Below, piece after piece: positions 9,948 to 19,529 of a stretch of 64,000 nt of DNA. The DNA comes from Microcoleus sp. (GTDB lineage Bacteria > Cyanobacteriota > Cyanobacteriia > Cyanobacteriales > Microcoleaceae). The stretch covers positions 32,001-96,000 of the forward strand of contig JAYFMW010000017.1 of NCBI GenBank assembly GCA_042408215.1, in the 5' to 3' direction. How positions within the stretch are numbered: position 1 is the first letter of the stretch; every line of letters starts with the position of its first letter. The translations under genes and the position numbers were made by a program. The notes under the pieces are model-generated. The model ran no database searches and had not been told where the DNA came from. It worked only from the letters and a program-made list of their open reading frames with translations.

Positions 9948-12380
9948 ATGATCGCAAAAGCAATCCTCGCCATCGCGCCCTACATATTGGAAGTGCTCTC
10001 ACCCATCGCTAGAAACATCGGCTACAAAGTCGGAGAAGCCTTCGGCAATAAATCTCAAAAGTACCGAGATATCCTGATTCCCGATCCCAATAATTCATCA
10101 GATTCGACTGAGATAGAGCAAGCAAAACAGCGTTATTCCCAAGAAATGCTGGAATACGCGAAAGCGAAAGATGCCAGAGATAACGAATTGTTAAAGCTGA
10201 CAATAGCACAAACGGCACGTCGCATTGAGTTGCAGGAACAGGAACAGCAAGATAGACTAAATCTGGCCGCCTTGCAGCGGGATTTGATGCGGGAATTGCC
10301 AGCGAAGGATATTCAGAATTCCCAAGAAATGCTCGAATACGCGAAAGCGAAAAATGTCAGAGATAACGAATTGTTAAAGCTGACATTAGCACAAACAGCA
10401 CGTCGCATTGAGTTGCAGGAACAGCAACAGCAAGATAGACTAAATCTGGCCGCCTTGCAGCGGGATTTGATGCGGGAATTGCAAGCAAAGGATATTCAGA
10501 TAAAGCTGACTGAAATTCAAACAATTTGGGATAAAGATACTTGGTTTTCTAAGTTGAATCGAGAGGAAACTAAGCAGATTTTACTTGAGCAGCAACATCG
10601 CCTCTTAATCTTACTATCACCGCCCAAAATTAGCAAGCGATGCCCGGAAACTTTCTGTGAAGATTTGCCAATTGAGATCAGAAGTGTGGGAGATTTTCTC
10701 AGACAGCATTATCCTCAACAGGATGTCTTACGCCCAGTTAAGTTTTATAGCGACTATTTCACTGAGTCGATTGGTGATATTGATGTGGAACGCTTGCAGC
10801 GAATTTTATCTCCGGTTCCGACTACAATTTTATATAGCGATATCAGCGATTATGCCGTAACTTTTCGCGTCGGCTTTTGGGGATTCCTGAATAATCAGGA
10901 AGTCTCCCTGTTTTCTACCAAAGTTTTTGACTGGGAAGAGGCAAAAGATGCACTTTTAGCATCTGGGATAAGTGAGAAAAAAGCCCTCCGCATGATTCGG
11001 CAGTTGATTGTGGCGATTCACAAGTTGCTGGCGGGATTTTTAGCAGATTTGTATTATCTGAATATTGACCCCTGCTATGAACCTCAGTTGTTTAATTTAA
11101 AGGATGAATTGGCTGAAGATGGGTTGGCAGAAGAATGGGTGAAACCTTATTTTGATATTCTTCAGGATATTCAGCGGCGACAGGGAGAACAGTATGAAGA
11201 GGAGTTGAAAAAGCTGATTGAGCAAGTAGAAGCGGAACGTCTATCTCAAGCATCTGCCAAAGCTGAAGCACAACATAAACAACCAATAGAAAAAGCTGCC
11301 AAAGCTGAAGCAAAAAGCAGACAAGAAATACAAGAAGCATCTGCCAAAGCTGAAGCCCAACGCCAACAACAAATAGAAAAAGCTGCCAAAGCTGAAGCAC
11401 AACGCAAACAACAAATACAAGAAGCGTCTGCCAAAGCTGAAGCACAACGCCAACAACAAATAGAAGAAAAATTCCTGAGAAAATCTCACTCTTTCAAATG
11501 TGTAAAAACTCTTAATGGCGTATGTGTTTCATCTGTTGACTGCGTAGTTATTAGTCCAGACGGCAAGACTTTTGCTAGTAACAGCAGTGCCAATTTCAGC
11601 CAACTTTGGAATCTCCATACAGGAGAGCTGATTCGTACTTTTTCATGGCATTCAGGTGCGGTTAATTGCGTTGCAATTAACCCTAATGGAACAACTTTAG
11701 CTGGTGGAAGTTATGACCAACAAATTAAGCTGTGGAATCTGGAAACTGGACAAGAAATTAGCAGCATAAAAGGTCACTCATCTTTAATTTGGTCTCTTGC
11801 TTTTAGTCCAGACGGAGAAACTCTTGCTAGTGGCAGTCGAGACAATACTATCAAACTGTGGAATCTGAAAAATGGAGAGGAAATTCGCACTCTCACAGGG
11901 CATTCAGAGTCGGTTTTTTCCGTTGTCATCAGCCCGGATGGAAACACTCTTGCTAGTGGCAGTTATGACCATACAATCAAACTGTGGAATCTGAAAAATG
12001 GAGAGGAAATTCGCACTCTCACAGGCCATTCACAGTCGGTTTATTCTGTCGCCTTCAGCCCGGATGGACAAATTCTTGCTAGTGGTAGTGGAGACAACAC
12101 TATCAAGCTTTGGAATCTGAAAACCGGACAGGAAATTCGCACTCTTACAGGGCATTTACAGTCGATTTTTTCCGTTGTCATCAGCCCGGATGGAGAAATT
12201 CTTGCTAGTGGTAGTGGAGACAACACTATCAAGCTTTGGAATCTGAAAACCGGACAGGAAAATCGCACTCTCACAGGGCATTCAGCCAAGGTTAATTCTG
12301 TCAGTTTTAGCCCGGATGGAAACACTCTGGTTAGTGGCAGTTTTGATGGGAGTATTAAGATTTGGCGGTGTGATGGGTGA
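9948..12380 (+). CDS. WD40-repeat protein with N-terminal coiled-coil/repeat region
   Basis: About seven GH...SPDG.TLASGS.DNTIKLWNL repeats; 61-aa tandem duplication; Ala/Gln/Glu/Lys-rich linker repeats. Confidence 0.93.
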   Translation: MIAKAILAIAPYILEVLSPIARNIGYKVGEAFGNKSQKYRDILIPDPNNSSDSTEIEQAKQRYSQEMLEYAKAKDARDNELLKLTIAQTARRIELQEQEQQDRLNLAALQRDLMRELPAKDIQNSQEMLEYAKAKNVRDNELLKLTLAQTARRIELQEQQQQDRLNLAALQRDLMRELQAKDIQIKLTEIQTIWDKDTWFSKLNREETKQILLEQQHRLLILLSPPKISKRCPETFCEDLPIEIRSVGDFLRQHYPQQDVLRPVKFYSDYFTESIGDIDVERLQRILSPVPTTILYSDISDYAVTFRVGFWGFLNNQEVSLFSTKVFDWEEAKDALLASGISEKKALRMIRQLIVAIHKLLAGFLADLYYLNIDPCYEPQLFNLKDELAEDGLAEEWVKPYFDILQDIQRRQGEQYEEELKKLIEQVEAERLSQASAKAEAQHKQPIEKAAKAEAKSRQEIQEASAKAEAQRQQQIEKAAKAEAQRKQQIQEASAKAEAQRQQQIEEKFLRKSHSFKCVKTLNGVCVSSVDCVVISPDGKTFASNSSANFSQLWNLHTGELIRTFSWHSGAVNCVAINPNGTTLAGGSYDQQIKLWNLETGQEISSIKGHSSLIWSLAFSPDGETLASGSRDNTIKLWNLKNGEEIRTLTGHSESVFSVVISPDGNTLASGSYDHTIKLWNLKNGEEIRTLTGHSQSVYSVAFSPDGQILASGSGDNTIKLWNLKTGQEIRTLTGHLQSIFSVVISPDGEILASGSGDNTIKLWNLKTGQENRTLTGHSAKVNSVSFSPDGNTLVSGSFDGSIKIWRCDG

Positions 12381-12485
12381 AGTAACAGGGAAAGATGAAA
12401 ATTATGGCGCGATTTGCAAGTATGGTTCTACAAAACTTGACTGCGTGAGAAATAAACCTAGAAACACTTAAGGAAGGTAATTCAA

Positions 12486-12827
12486 ATGGCAGAAACAATT
12501 AATTTTGAGCAAGCAGTGTTAGAGAATCTGCGACAGTTGCCAACGGAAAAACAACAAGAAGTGCTCGACTTTGCACAATTCCTCGTGCAAAAAGCGGAAC
12601 AGAAAAAGCAGTTACCCAGCGAAAGTTCTGAGTCTAACATTTCGTCAGCAACCGCACCTACTCTCAAGCTATCACTTAGAGAAATTGCTAGCCTGCCGAT
12701 CGCAGAACGCCATAAAATACTAGCACCATTTATACCTGCCACAGCCGAAGATTTTTTGACCGATATTGAATTAACCGAGTTTTCCGTACTCGATGGCGAA
12801 GACTGGGAGGCTGAGTATGACTGCTAA
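12486..12827 (+). CDS. DUF2281-like putative antitoxin
   Basis: LRQLPTEKQQEVLDFAQFL motif; acidic C-terminus; overlaps the start of a toxin-like stump. Confidence 0.7.
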   Translation: MAETINFEQAVLENLRQLPTEKQQEVLDFAQFLVQKAEQKKQLPSESSESNISSATAPTLKLSLREIASLPIAERHKILAPFIPATAEDFLTDIELTEFSVLDGEDWEAEYDC

Positions 12828-12852
12828 CCCAAAACGAGGAGATATCTTGTAG
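12817..12852 (+). pseudogene. N-terminal stump of a PemK/MazF-like toxin
   Basis: MTANPKRGDIL* overlapping the antitoxin 3' end; PKRGDI is a typical PemK/MazF start. Confidence 0.55.
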
Positions 12853-12862
12853 TAAATCAACT

Positions 12863-12928
12863 TGTAGGGTGCGTCAGAAATTGATTATTTCGATTTCAAC
12901 AGGTTTTCCCGATCTGACGCACCCTACA
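12863..12928. repeat. REP-like inverted repeat GTAGGGTGCGTCAG...CTGACGCACCCTAC
   Basis: Related copies at about 30492-30555 and 31748-31810. Confidence 0.8.
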
Positions 12929-12968
12929 GTTTAAAGAAGTCGCGGTTCTGGGTGTTTTTAGATACAAT

Positions 12969-15149
12969 CTAAAAGTTATAAATGATGTTGAAGTAAAGGC
13001 CGGAATCTTGGAGATTGTCTCCTTTATCGCTAATTCCTACCAAAGGAAAAGCGTATTCTACGCGGACGTTCACCCGCTGTATGGGTTCCCAGATTGCCGC
13101 TAAACCCGCACCTGCTAAGAATCTCTGATTGGTTAATTTATTAGGATTGTTGGGTAGGTTCCAGACAGTGCCCGCATCGAAAAACGGAGCTAATTGAAAT
13201 TTGGGATTCCCAGAAGAATCTCGCTGCAAAGTAATCCGATCCTCGATGGAAAATCGGAAGCCGTTGTCGCCAGAACGGACATTTTGTCGGTAGCCCCGCA
13301 AAGATTGTCCGCCGCCGATTACGAATTGCTGGGAAGCCAATAAACTATTAGCTGATAACTGCAAGTCTCCCTGCACAATTAATAAATGTTGGTCGTTCAA
13401 TCGCTGCACTCGCTGCACTTGACCTAGCCAACTCAAAAAGAGCCCGTCTGGATCGGAACCTTCGTTGATTGTTGCATCAAACAAGCTAGTGCCGATCGTG
13501 AATTGCGATCGCAGAGTCCAAGCCCCTTGTCGATCGCGCCGAATATAATCCTGTCCCAGTTTAATTGCACTCGTAGTGCTGACACCTTTGGCGTCGGGGC
13601 CGACACCAAACGGAAAGGGTTCGCCGGCGAGAAAAGTGCGGCCTCTCTGATAGGTAAAACCGGCAGATAGGGCAAATTCTTCGATCGGCGATCGTACTAG
13701 CGGCTGGCGGTAACTAACTTCAAATAAATGGGATTTTCCCGAAATATCAAAACTGTCGAAAGGTGCTTGCACGATACTGTTGCGGTTGGGTGCCGCCCTC
13801 AATTGCAAGGTGCCGTTCATCGCATTTAGGGGGAGGCGGTAGCTGAAATCGAACAAGTCAGAATCGCCGATCGCTCTGTAATAAGCCGCCGCAAGTTCGT
13901 CACCATTTCCTGTAATATTGCGGTGGCGCAAAGTAACTCCCAATCTTTCGGAACCGACGCTCGGAGGCGAGTAATTGTCAAAGCTGAAACTACCTTGAAA
14001 CGGATTAGCTTCCGTGACGCGAACTATCAGAATGCTCTCCCCTTCGCGATCGCCAGCCCGCAAGCTAGCTTCTACATTGTCAAATAAAGGATCGACTCGC
14101 AGCAGCCGGAGTTGATCTTCTAATGAAGCTGTGCTTAAAGGTATTCCGGCACCGAGTCGAAGCCGACTGCGGATGTAACTTTGATGCAATCTCTTAGTTC
14201 CTTCTACCTCAATTCTGGCGAGCTTGCCTTCGATGACTTGAATTTGGACTACCCCTGCGGTGAGAGTTTGGGGCGGCAAGACGGCTCTCGAAGTGATGTA
14301 GCCTCGATTGAGGTAAATTTCGGTAATTTTGTCGGCTACCTGTTTGAGTTCTTCCAGGGTGCTAGAACGCCCCTCTAGTGGCTTGACTAAGGCATTAATT
14401 TCCTCCTGGCTCAGAATTGTGCTGCCAACTACTTGAATTTTCTGAACCGGAATTGCCTCAGAAGGTAGTGGCTGGGGCACTGGCGCAGGTGGCTGGGGCT
14501 TAACTGTTGGTGGCGCTTGGGGAGGTTCCGGTTCTGGCTGCGGGGCTGGTTGTAAAAACCGATCGCGATTTGGATCTGGCCTCGTCGATGGCGGTGGCAG
14601 ATTTTCTGGCCCAGTCTGCCGGTTCTGGGCTAAAAAATCGCAATTTAGCTGATTCTGGCATTTTGGCTCCTTCTCAACCTGTTGTTTTGCTACGAGCAAG
14701 ATGTCCGCACCACAAGCAGTTTCATTGATTGTGGCACAGGCATCTTGGCTGTTCCCGATCGGGCTGCCCGATCCAAGCTGGTTGTGAGATTTTTCACTAT
14801 TCTCAACTAGCTGAGTTAAGTCTGTTGCAGTTTCATCCTGCTGGATTTCCGGTTTTTCAGCACTTACGCAGCTATTGTCTGTCATGCTGAACTTTCCACA
14901 GTATAGTGAAACATCTGTGAGATTCTTCGCTTCGCTCAGAATGACAGAATTAGGTTGAAATGCGTAAGTCCTGTTTTGCAGTGCTAATGGGGAGTGCCCG
15001 GTATCAACCGAGTTGGCCGTGGCGGCGGGCAAATCTGAAAGATCGGAAGTTTGAGATCTAGCTTGATTGGCAGATAAGCAAGCGATCGAGACTGCACTCA
15101 GCAGTGAGACCCCAAACCGAAATATTACAATATTTACAGTGCGACGCAT
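12969..15149 (-). CDS. ShlB/FhaC/HecB (TpsB) two-partner secretion outer-membrane protein
   Basis: Signal peptide, POTRA-like (Y..RGYITSRA...IEG), IGG..SLRGY motif, C-terminal aromatic residue. Confidence 0.93.
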   Translation of the reverse strand: MRRTVNIVIFRFGVSLLSAVSIACLSANQARSQTSDLSDLPAATANSVDTGHSPLALQNRTYAFQPNSVILSEAKNLTDVSLYCGKFSMTDNSCVSAEKPEIQQDETATDLTQLVENSEKSHNQLGSGSPIGNSQDACATINETACGADILLVAKQQVEKEPKCQNQLNCDFLAQNRQTGPENLPPPSTRPDPNRDRFLQPAPQPEPEPPQAPPTVKPQPPAPVPQPLPSEAIPVQKIQVVGSTILSQEEINALVKPLEGRSSTLEELKQVADKITEIYLNRGYITSRAVLPPQTLTAGVVQIQVIEGKLARIEVEGTKRLHQSYIRSRLRLGAGIPLSTASLEDQLRLLRVDPLFDNVEASLRAGDREGESILIVRVTEANPFQGSFSFDNYSPPSVGSERLGVTLRHRNITGNGDELAAAYYRAIGDSDLFDFSYRLPLNAMNGTLQLRAAPNRNSIVQAPFDSFDISGKSHLFEVSYRQPLVRSPIEEFALSAGFTYQRGRTFLAGEPFPFGVGPDAKGVSTTSAIKLGQDYIRRDRQGAWTLRSQFTIGTSLFDATINEGSDPDGLFLSWLGQVQRVQRLNDQHLLIVQGDLQLSANSLLASQQFVIGGGQSLRGYRQNVRSGDNGFRFSIEDRITLQRDSSGNPKFQLAPFFDAGTVWNLPNNPNKLTNQRFLAGAGLAAIWEPIQRVNVRVEYAFPLVGISDKGDNLQDSGLYFNIIYNF

Positions 15150-15324
15150 AATTAATATGATCTCTTAAATAAGTCTGTCTGCTGGTTTAACACGCCAGTG
15201 GATCGTTTAGTATTATAAAGATTGACATATTTTATAGTCTAGTCTATATTTATATAAACTAGATAAGTCTTTAAGCTTTATGTACTACAATAATCATACC
15301 CAGTAAAAACCACAATTAAAAGCT

Positions 15325-15990
15325 GTGCAATTAGCAGACCGTCATATTATAAAGCTCCGCAGCCCTAGGTGGGCTGAGCTAGACCTGCTTGCTTTTAAGT
15401 CTAAGAATCTTGACAATCTAGCCAACTATCATATTCGTTAGGCTTTTATTAAAGATGCTGAGTTATTAAACTACTCACAGATGGCGGGTTTGCTTAAAGC
15501 TGAAGACTGTTATAAAGACATCCCAGCTAAAGTGAGTCAACAAGTCCTTCGTAAGTTAGAAACAAACTGGAAGGCGTTCCGATCGGCAATTCAAGCTGAT
15601 CGGAGTAATCCATCTAAGTTTTTAGGTATACCTAAATTACCTAAATACAAAGATCGAGAGAAACGACGTAATCTTCATGTCTCCATTCAAGTTATCAGTA
15701 AGCCTGGACTTAGATTAGGTTGGATTAAATTCTCAAAAACTCATATTAAAGTACCTGTATTACATAGAAATACTTGCGAGGTACGGATTGTTCCCAAGTT
15801 AGATCGCTATGTAATTGAGGTTGTATATGAACAAGAAGAAACTCAACACGAGTTAAATCCCAAGTGGTCTGCGGCCGATATTGGGATAGATAACTTAGCA
15901 GCGTTAACATCCAACAAGCCTGGGTTTATACCAGTTCTTGTTGGACGACCACTAAAAAGTATCAACCAATACTACAAACAAAACATCTAG
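15325..15990 (+). pseudogene. tnpB: Truncated RNA-guided endonuclease TnpB (IS200/IS605/IS607-associated)
   Basis: GTG start MQLADRHIIK...KSKNL.NLANY, internal TAG near 15439, PKLPKYK, RuvC-I ADIGIDNLA; ends before RuvC-II and zinc finger. Confidence 0.85.
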
Positions 15991-16115
15991 TTTGACTAGA
16001 TTTGACTAGATGTTTTGGAAATCTCAGGAACATCAGCAAAATTGCCGATCAACTCCAAGCGATCGGTGATCGGCTACAATCGGGTTTTCTGTACAGTACG
16101 GGCAGTATATTCACA

Positions 16116-16380
16116 GTCAGTAACTCAGCCCTAAAGGGACTGAGCTTGTAAGAGAAATCTCTCGCGAGCTATACTGACCAGCTATCGTCTTAACTGACTA
16201 CGTTATTTGAGTCACGACACTCCTTGAATGCGACGCCAGTTTTGGGCTCTGTCGCTAGTGGTTAAACAGTCTTAAAGTCACGCTCGACAGTGCTGCTAGC
16301 CTAAAAAGCTTTTATAACATTGGCGAGGCGAACATTACTCTCGCAAGGGAGATCGAGGCAACCATACCTCACCGGAGGGG
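16116..16380 (+). ncRNA. HEARO/omega-RNA scaffold (IscB/IsrB type), no downstream ORF
   Basis: Recognisable blocks GTCAGTAACTCAGCCCTAAAGGGACTGAGCTTG, TGACCAG, CTACGTT, GAATGC..GCCAGT...CTCTG, GTTAAACAG, CAGTG, AACATTGGCGAGGCGAACATTAC; 3' boundary approximate. Confidence 0.8.
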
Positions 16381-16488
16381 CAACCATACCCCTCCAACCC
16401 CGCAAGGGGATTCAAGGCGGTTGAAACCGCCGGGTCGTTTCCCTCTCAGGGCTGAAGCCACTGAGTTTCCCACTTACCGAACTTTTTT
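16116..16488 (+). mobile_element. Non-autonomous IS200/IS605-type (OMEGA) mini-element
   Basis: Subterminal hairpins at both ends (CTCAGCCCTAAAGGGACTGAG; CTCAGGGCTGAAGCCACTGAG), followed by ATGA. Confidence 0.75.
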
Positions 16489-18181
16489 ATGAATCTAGAT
16501 TCATCAGTTCTCTCGGATAAACAGCCTTCGGGGCTGCGGACGGTAAGACCGATCGGGGTCTCTGGAGTGCATGGCATTGCGTTTTTAGGCAATAGGTTGT
16601 TCGCTGTCGATCGGAACGAAGGGCTGCTATTGGAGATCGATCGAGAAAGTGACAACACGACTGTTTTGAATCCCGATCAAACGGCTAAGTTTGCGGGTGC
16701 AACTGGGCTGGCTATTTGGGAAGATACCCTTTGGTTTGCACGGGATGAGGATATTTGTTGCTGTCGGGGCGCAATTCAGGGACGGGGCGATCGCTGAACT
16801 GAAACCGGAACACTTTGTTTCGCTTTCTTATCCTGCTGACGGGATTGCTGTTTGGGAATCTACGCTGTATGTGACTTGTCAGAGACTGGGCTATATTCTG
16901 GTTTTTGACTGCAATACGGGCCGGGAGATTACTCGATTGTACGCTCCCGGTATTGGGGTAGAAAATATTACTGTGCGGGATGAAGAAATTTGGGTTTGCG
17001 ACAAGACTGAGCAAACTGTTTATTGTTTGGAGCGGGCCAATGGGGATCTGAAATTTAGCGTGTTAACGCCATTTGAGTACCCCTCTGGCTTGGCTTTTCA
17101 CAAGGATTCTGAAACTGGGGAAGAAGTTCTTTATGTGGCTTATTCGGGCGAGGAACTTTACATCCGGGATGACCCGAATGCGGCCGATCCTTTTCAGTTG
17201 ACCAAGCGCGCTCGCACTTTTGTTCACCCTTTGTATTTTCATTACAATCAGGCCGATGGCTACGCTCTGTCAAATGGTTTTTTGATGGAAATGTCTTATG
17301 TTGAGGAACTCGCTCCTCTCGATGACGTAAAAATCGAAAATTTGGAGTGGCGGATTGCTTTACCGTCGGAAACTCACAGGCAAAAAGTGAGGAAAATTAC
17401 GCCGATTGGGATGCCTTTTACTGAGGAAATTCAGGAGGGGGAACGGGTAGCGGTGTTTAAGTTCGATCGGCTTCACAAGCACGAACGGCGAATTTTTGGC
17501 TGGAAGGCTTTGTTGGAGGTGCGAGCAATTAAGTATCAATTGTCGCCTCGGGATGTGGAAAAGATTCCTAAGCTGTCGCCTGAGTTTGAAGCTAAGTATT
17601 TGGTGGACAATGACAATTTGGCGATGGATACGGAGATTGTGCGATCGGCAGCCAAGGCGGCTATTGGCTCGGAAACTAACATTCTCAGGCAATTGCTGAG
17701 CATTCGCAATTTTGTTTACGACCAACTTGCTTACGGAATTAGACCTCACATTGACACGCCCGATATTGTGCTGCGCCGGGGTATTGGTTCCTGTGGCGAA
17801 TACGTGGGGGTTTTGTTGGCTTTAGCAAGGTTAAACGGGATTGCTTGTCGCACGATTGGGCGCTACAAGTGTCCGGCTTTTGCTGACAGAAAAGGTTTGC
17901 CGCTGGAGCCGGATTTCAATCACGTTTGGCTGGAGTTTTACATTCCGGGTTTTGGCTGGGTACCGATGGAATCGAATCCTGATGACATCCAAGAAAGAGG
18001 CCCTTATCCTTTGCGATTTTTTATGGGTTTGGCCTGGTATCACGTCGAAATTGGCAAGGGAGTTCGGTTTCAAAGTCTCACAAGTGGCGGTGTTCCTTTG
18101 AAGAAGGATGAGGTTTCTGTGGGCACGCTGGCAATTAATCATGTGAGGTTTACAATTTTGTCAGAGTTGCCAGCAGTGTGA
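16489..18181 (+). pseudogene. Transglutaminase-like domain protein with N-terminal beta-propeller, frameshifted
   Basis: ORFs 16489..16797 and 16691..18181 join by removing one G in the run at 16784-16787; GSCGEY, NHVWLEFY..GW motifs; could be a sequencing error. Confidence 0.8.
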
Positions 18182-18226
18182 AGTCATTGGTCATTAGTCA
18201 TTAGTCATTAGCCATTAGGAGGCGTT

Positions 18227-18367
18227 GTGGAATTTTCTATTGCTAATATTCTGGTTTTGCTGGCCTTTGTACTGCTGGTGACTGTTACTGGTGGCGTCGC
18301 TTATTTGACGGCTCTTGAGTGGCGCGATCGCAGACGGTTAGATGAGGCTAAACGGAAAAAGAAATAG
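18227..18367 (+). CDS. Small (46 aa) single-pass membrane protein, absent from the ORF track
   Basis: AGGAGG RBS then GTG; MEFSIANILVLLAFVLLVTVTGGVAYLTALEWRDRRRLDEAKRKKK. Confidence 0.8.
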   Translation: MEFSIANILVLLAFVLLVTVTGGVAYLTALEWRDRRRLDEAKRKKK

Positions 18368-18407
18368 CTATTTGCTATTGACAAATTGCTGCTTTTATGA
18401 TATAGAG

Positions 18408-18434
18408 CCCCGACTTCTTAAAGAAGTCGGGGCT
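18408..18434. repeat. Palindrome CCCGACTTCTTAAAGAAGTCGGG
   Basis: Copies at about 7919-7942, 35811-35835 and a degenerate one at 36043-36067; often downstream of genes (possible terminator). Confidence 0.8.
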
Positions 18435-18457
18435 CTAACTATGTTGACCTACTTATT

Positions 18458-18641
18458 TTGACATACCTCCCCGTCTATCAAGTCCGAGGATTCCTTGACG
18501 CTTCATAGCAACGCGCTCCGCAAGCGGTAGTCTTACCGTCGCTCCACGTCCGTTTAGAGTCTCCCAATGCCCGCGAGGCGACTATCTGTATTCTAGCAAA
18601 AAGCCGTCCTTCTAGGACGGGGCTTGTATCCCAGTTTTTTG
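18458..18641 (-). mobile_element. 184-bp non-autonomous IS605-type element (left end + tnpB 3' reRNA-like region + right end)
   Basis: Minus strand TGAC|CAAAAAACTGGGATACAAGCCCCGTCC...GGGGAGGTATGTCAA; removing it in silico restores a host gene ending ...WIIDNK*. Confidence 0.8.
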
Positions 18642-19529
18642 GTCAATTATCCACTCACGAATCAGTTCGTTGATCTCTTCTGGTACTTCGTCGTGGGGAC
18701 AGTGCCCGGCTTTGATGAAGTGTTCTGTTAACTGTGGATAATATTTGCGAAATTTGGCGCTTCTTTCTGTAGAATTCATCCAAGGATCGCCAGAGCCCCA
18801 CAGCATTAGCAGCCCACAAGTTAATTGACTCAGTAATATGTCTATTTTTTCGCCTTGGGGCGTTCTGAATACGGAGGCGAATACTTTGGGAGCACCCCGA
18901 TCGCAGGATGGTTGATAAATTTCCTCTACTAATTGGTCTGTGACGGCGCTTTGGTCGAGATAAACTTTTTCTAGGGTTTTCCGAATTGTCGATCGCCGCC
19001 GCACGTATTGGAACAGTAGAAAACTGGCCCAATCTTGCCGAAAAAGGGCTTTAGCTACCGCAGATATGGCTTTTTGCACTGGTGGGGCTTCGGGTGCGGG
19101 TTGGGGTTCGCTGAAGGGGCCGGCGCTGTTGATTAAGATTAACCCGGCGGCTGACTGGGGACGCTGGGCCGCTGTGCACAAGGCGGCGTAACCTCCGAGG
19201 GAGTTTCCGGCTAATACGGCGGGCCGGCAGATGACTTCGGTAATGAAGTCGTGGAGTTGGTCGCGCCAGAGGTCGCCGCTGTACTGCATTTCGGGTTTTG
19301 CCGATCGCCCGAATCCGATCAGGTCGATCGCCCACACTTCAAAATCTTTACTGAGTCCGCTGATATTTTTGCGCCAGTGGTCTGTGGATGCTCCAAAACC
19401 GTGAATTAACAGCAGCGGAGGGCGTTGGGGATGCCGATCGCCAGATCGAACATAATACACAGAATGGCCCCGCCACTGCCAGTAAGTGCCTGGAATGGGG
19501 GCTGCGGTGATGGCCGGGGTTGTTTGCAT
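18612..19529 (-). CDS. Alpha/beta fold hydrolase
   Basis: HGFGAS..HW, GNSLGG nucleophile elbow, GHCPHDE. Confidence 0.93.
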   Translation of the reverse strand: MQTTPAITAAPIPGTYWQWRGHSVYYVRSGDRHPQRPPLLLIHGFGASTDHWRKNISGLSKDFEVWAIDLIGFGRSAKPEMQYSGDLWRDQLHDFITEVICRPAVLAGNSLGGYAALCTAAQRPQSAAGLILINSAGPFSEPQPAPEAPPVQKAISAVAKALFRQDWASFLLFQYVRRRSTIRKTLEKVYLDQSAVTDQLVEEIYQPSCDRGAPKVFASVFRTPQGEKIDILLSQLTCGLLMLWGSGDPWMNSTERSAKFRKYYPQLTEHFIKAGHCPHDEVPEEINELIREWIIDQKTGIQAPS

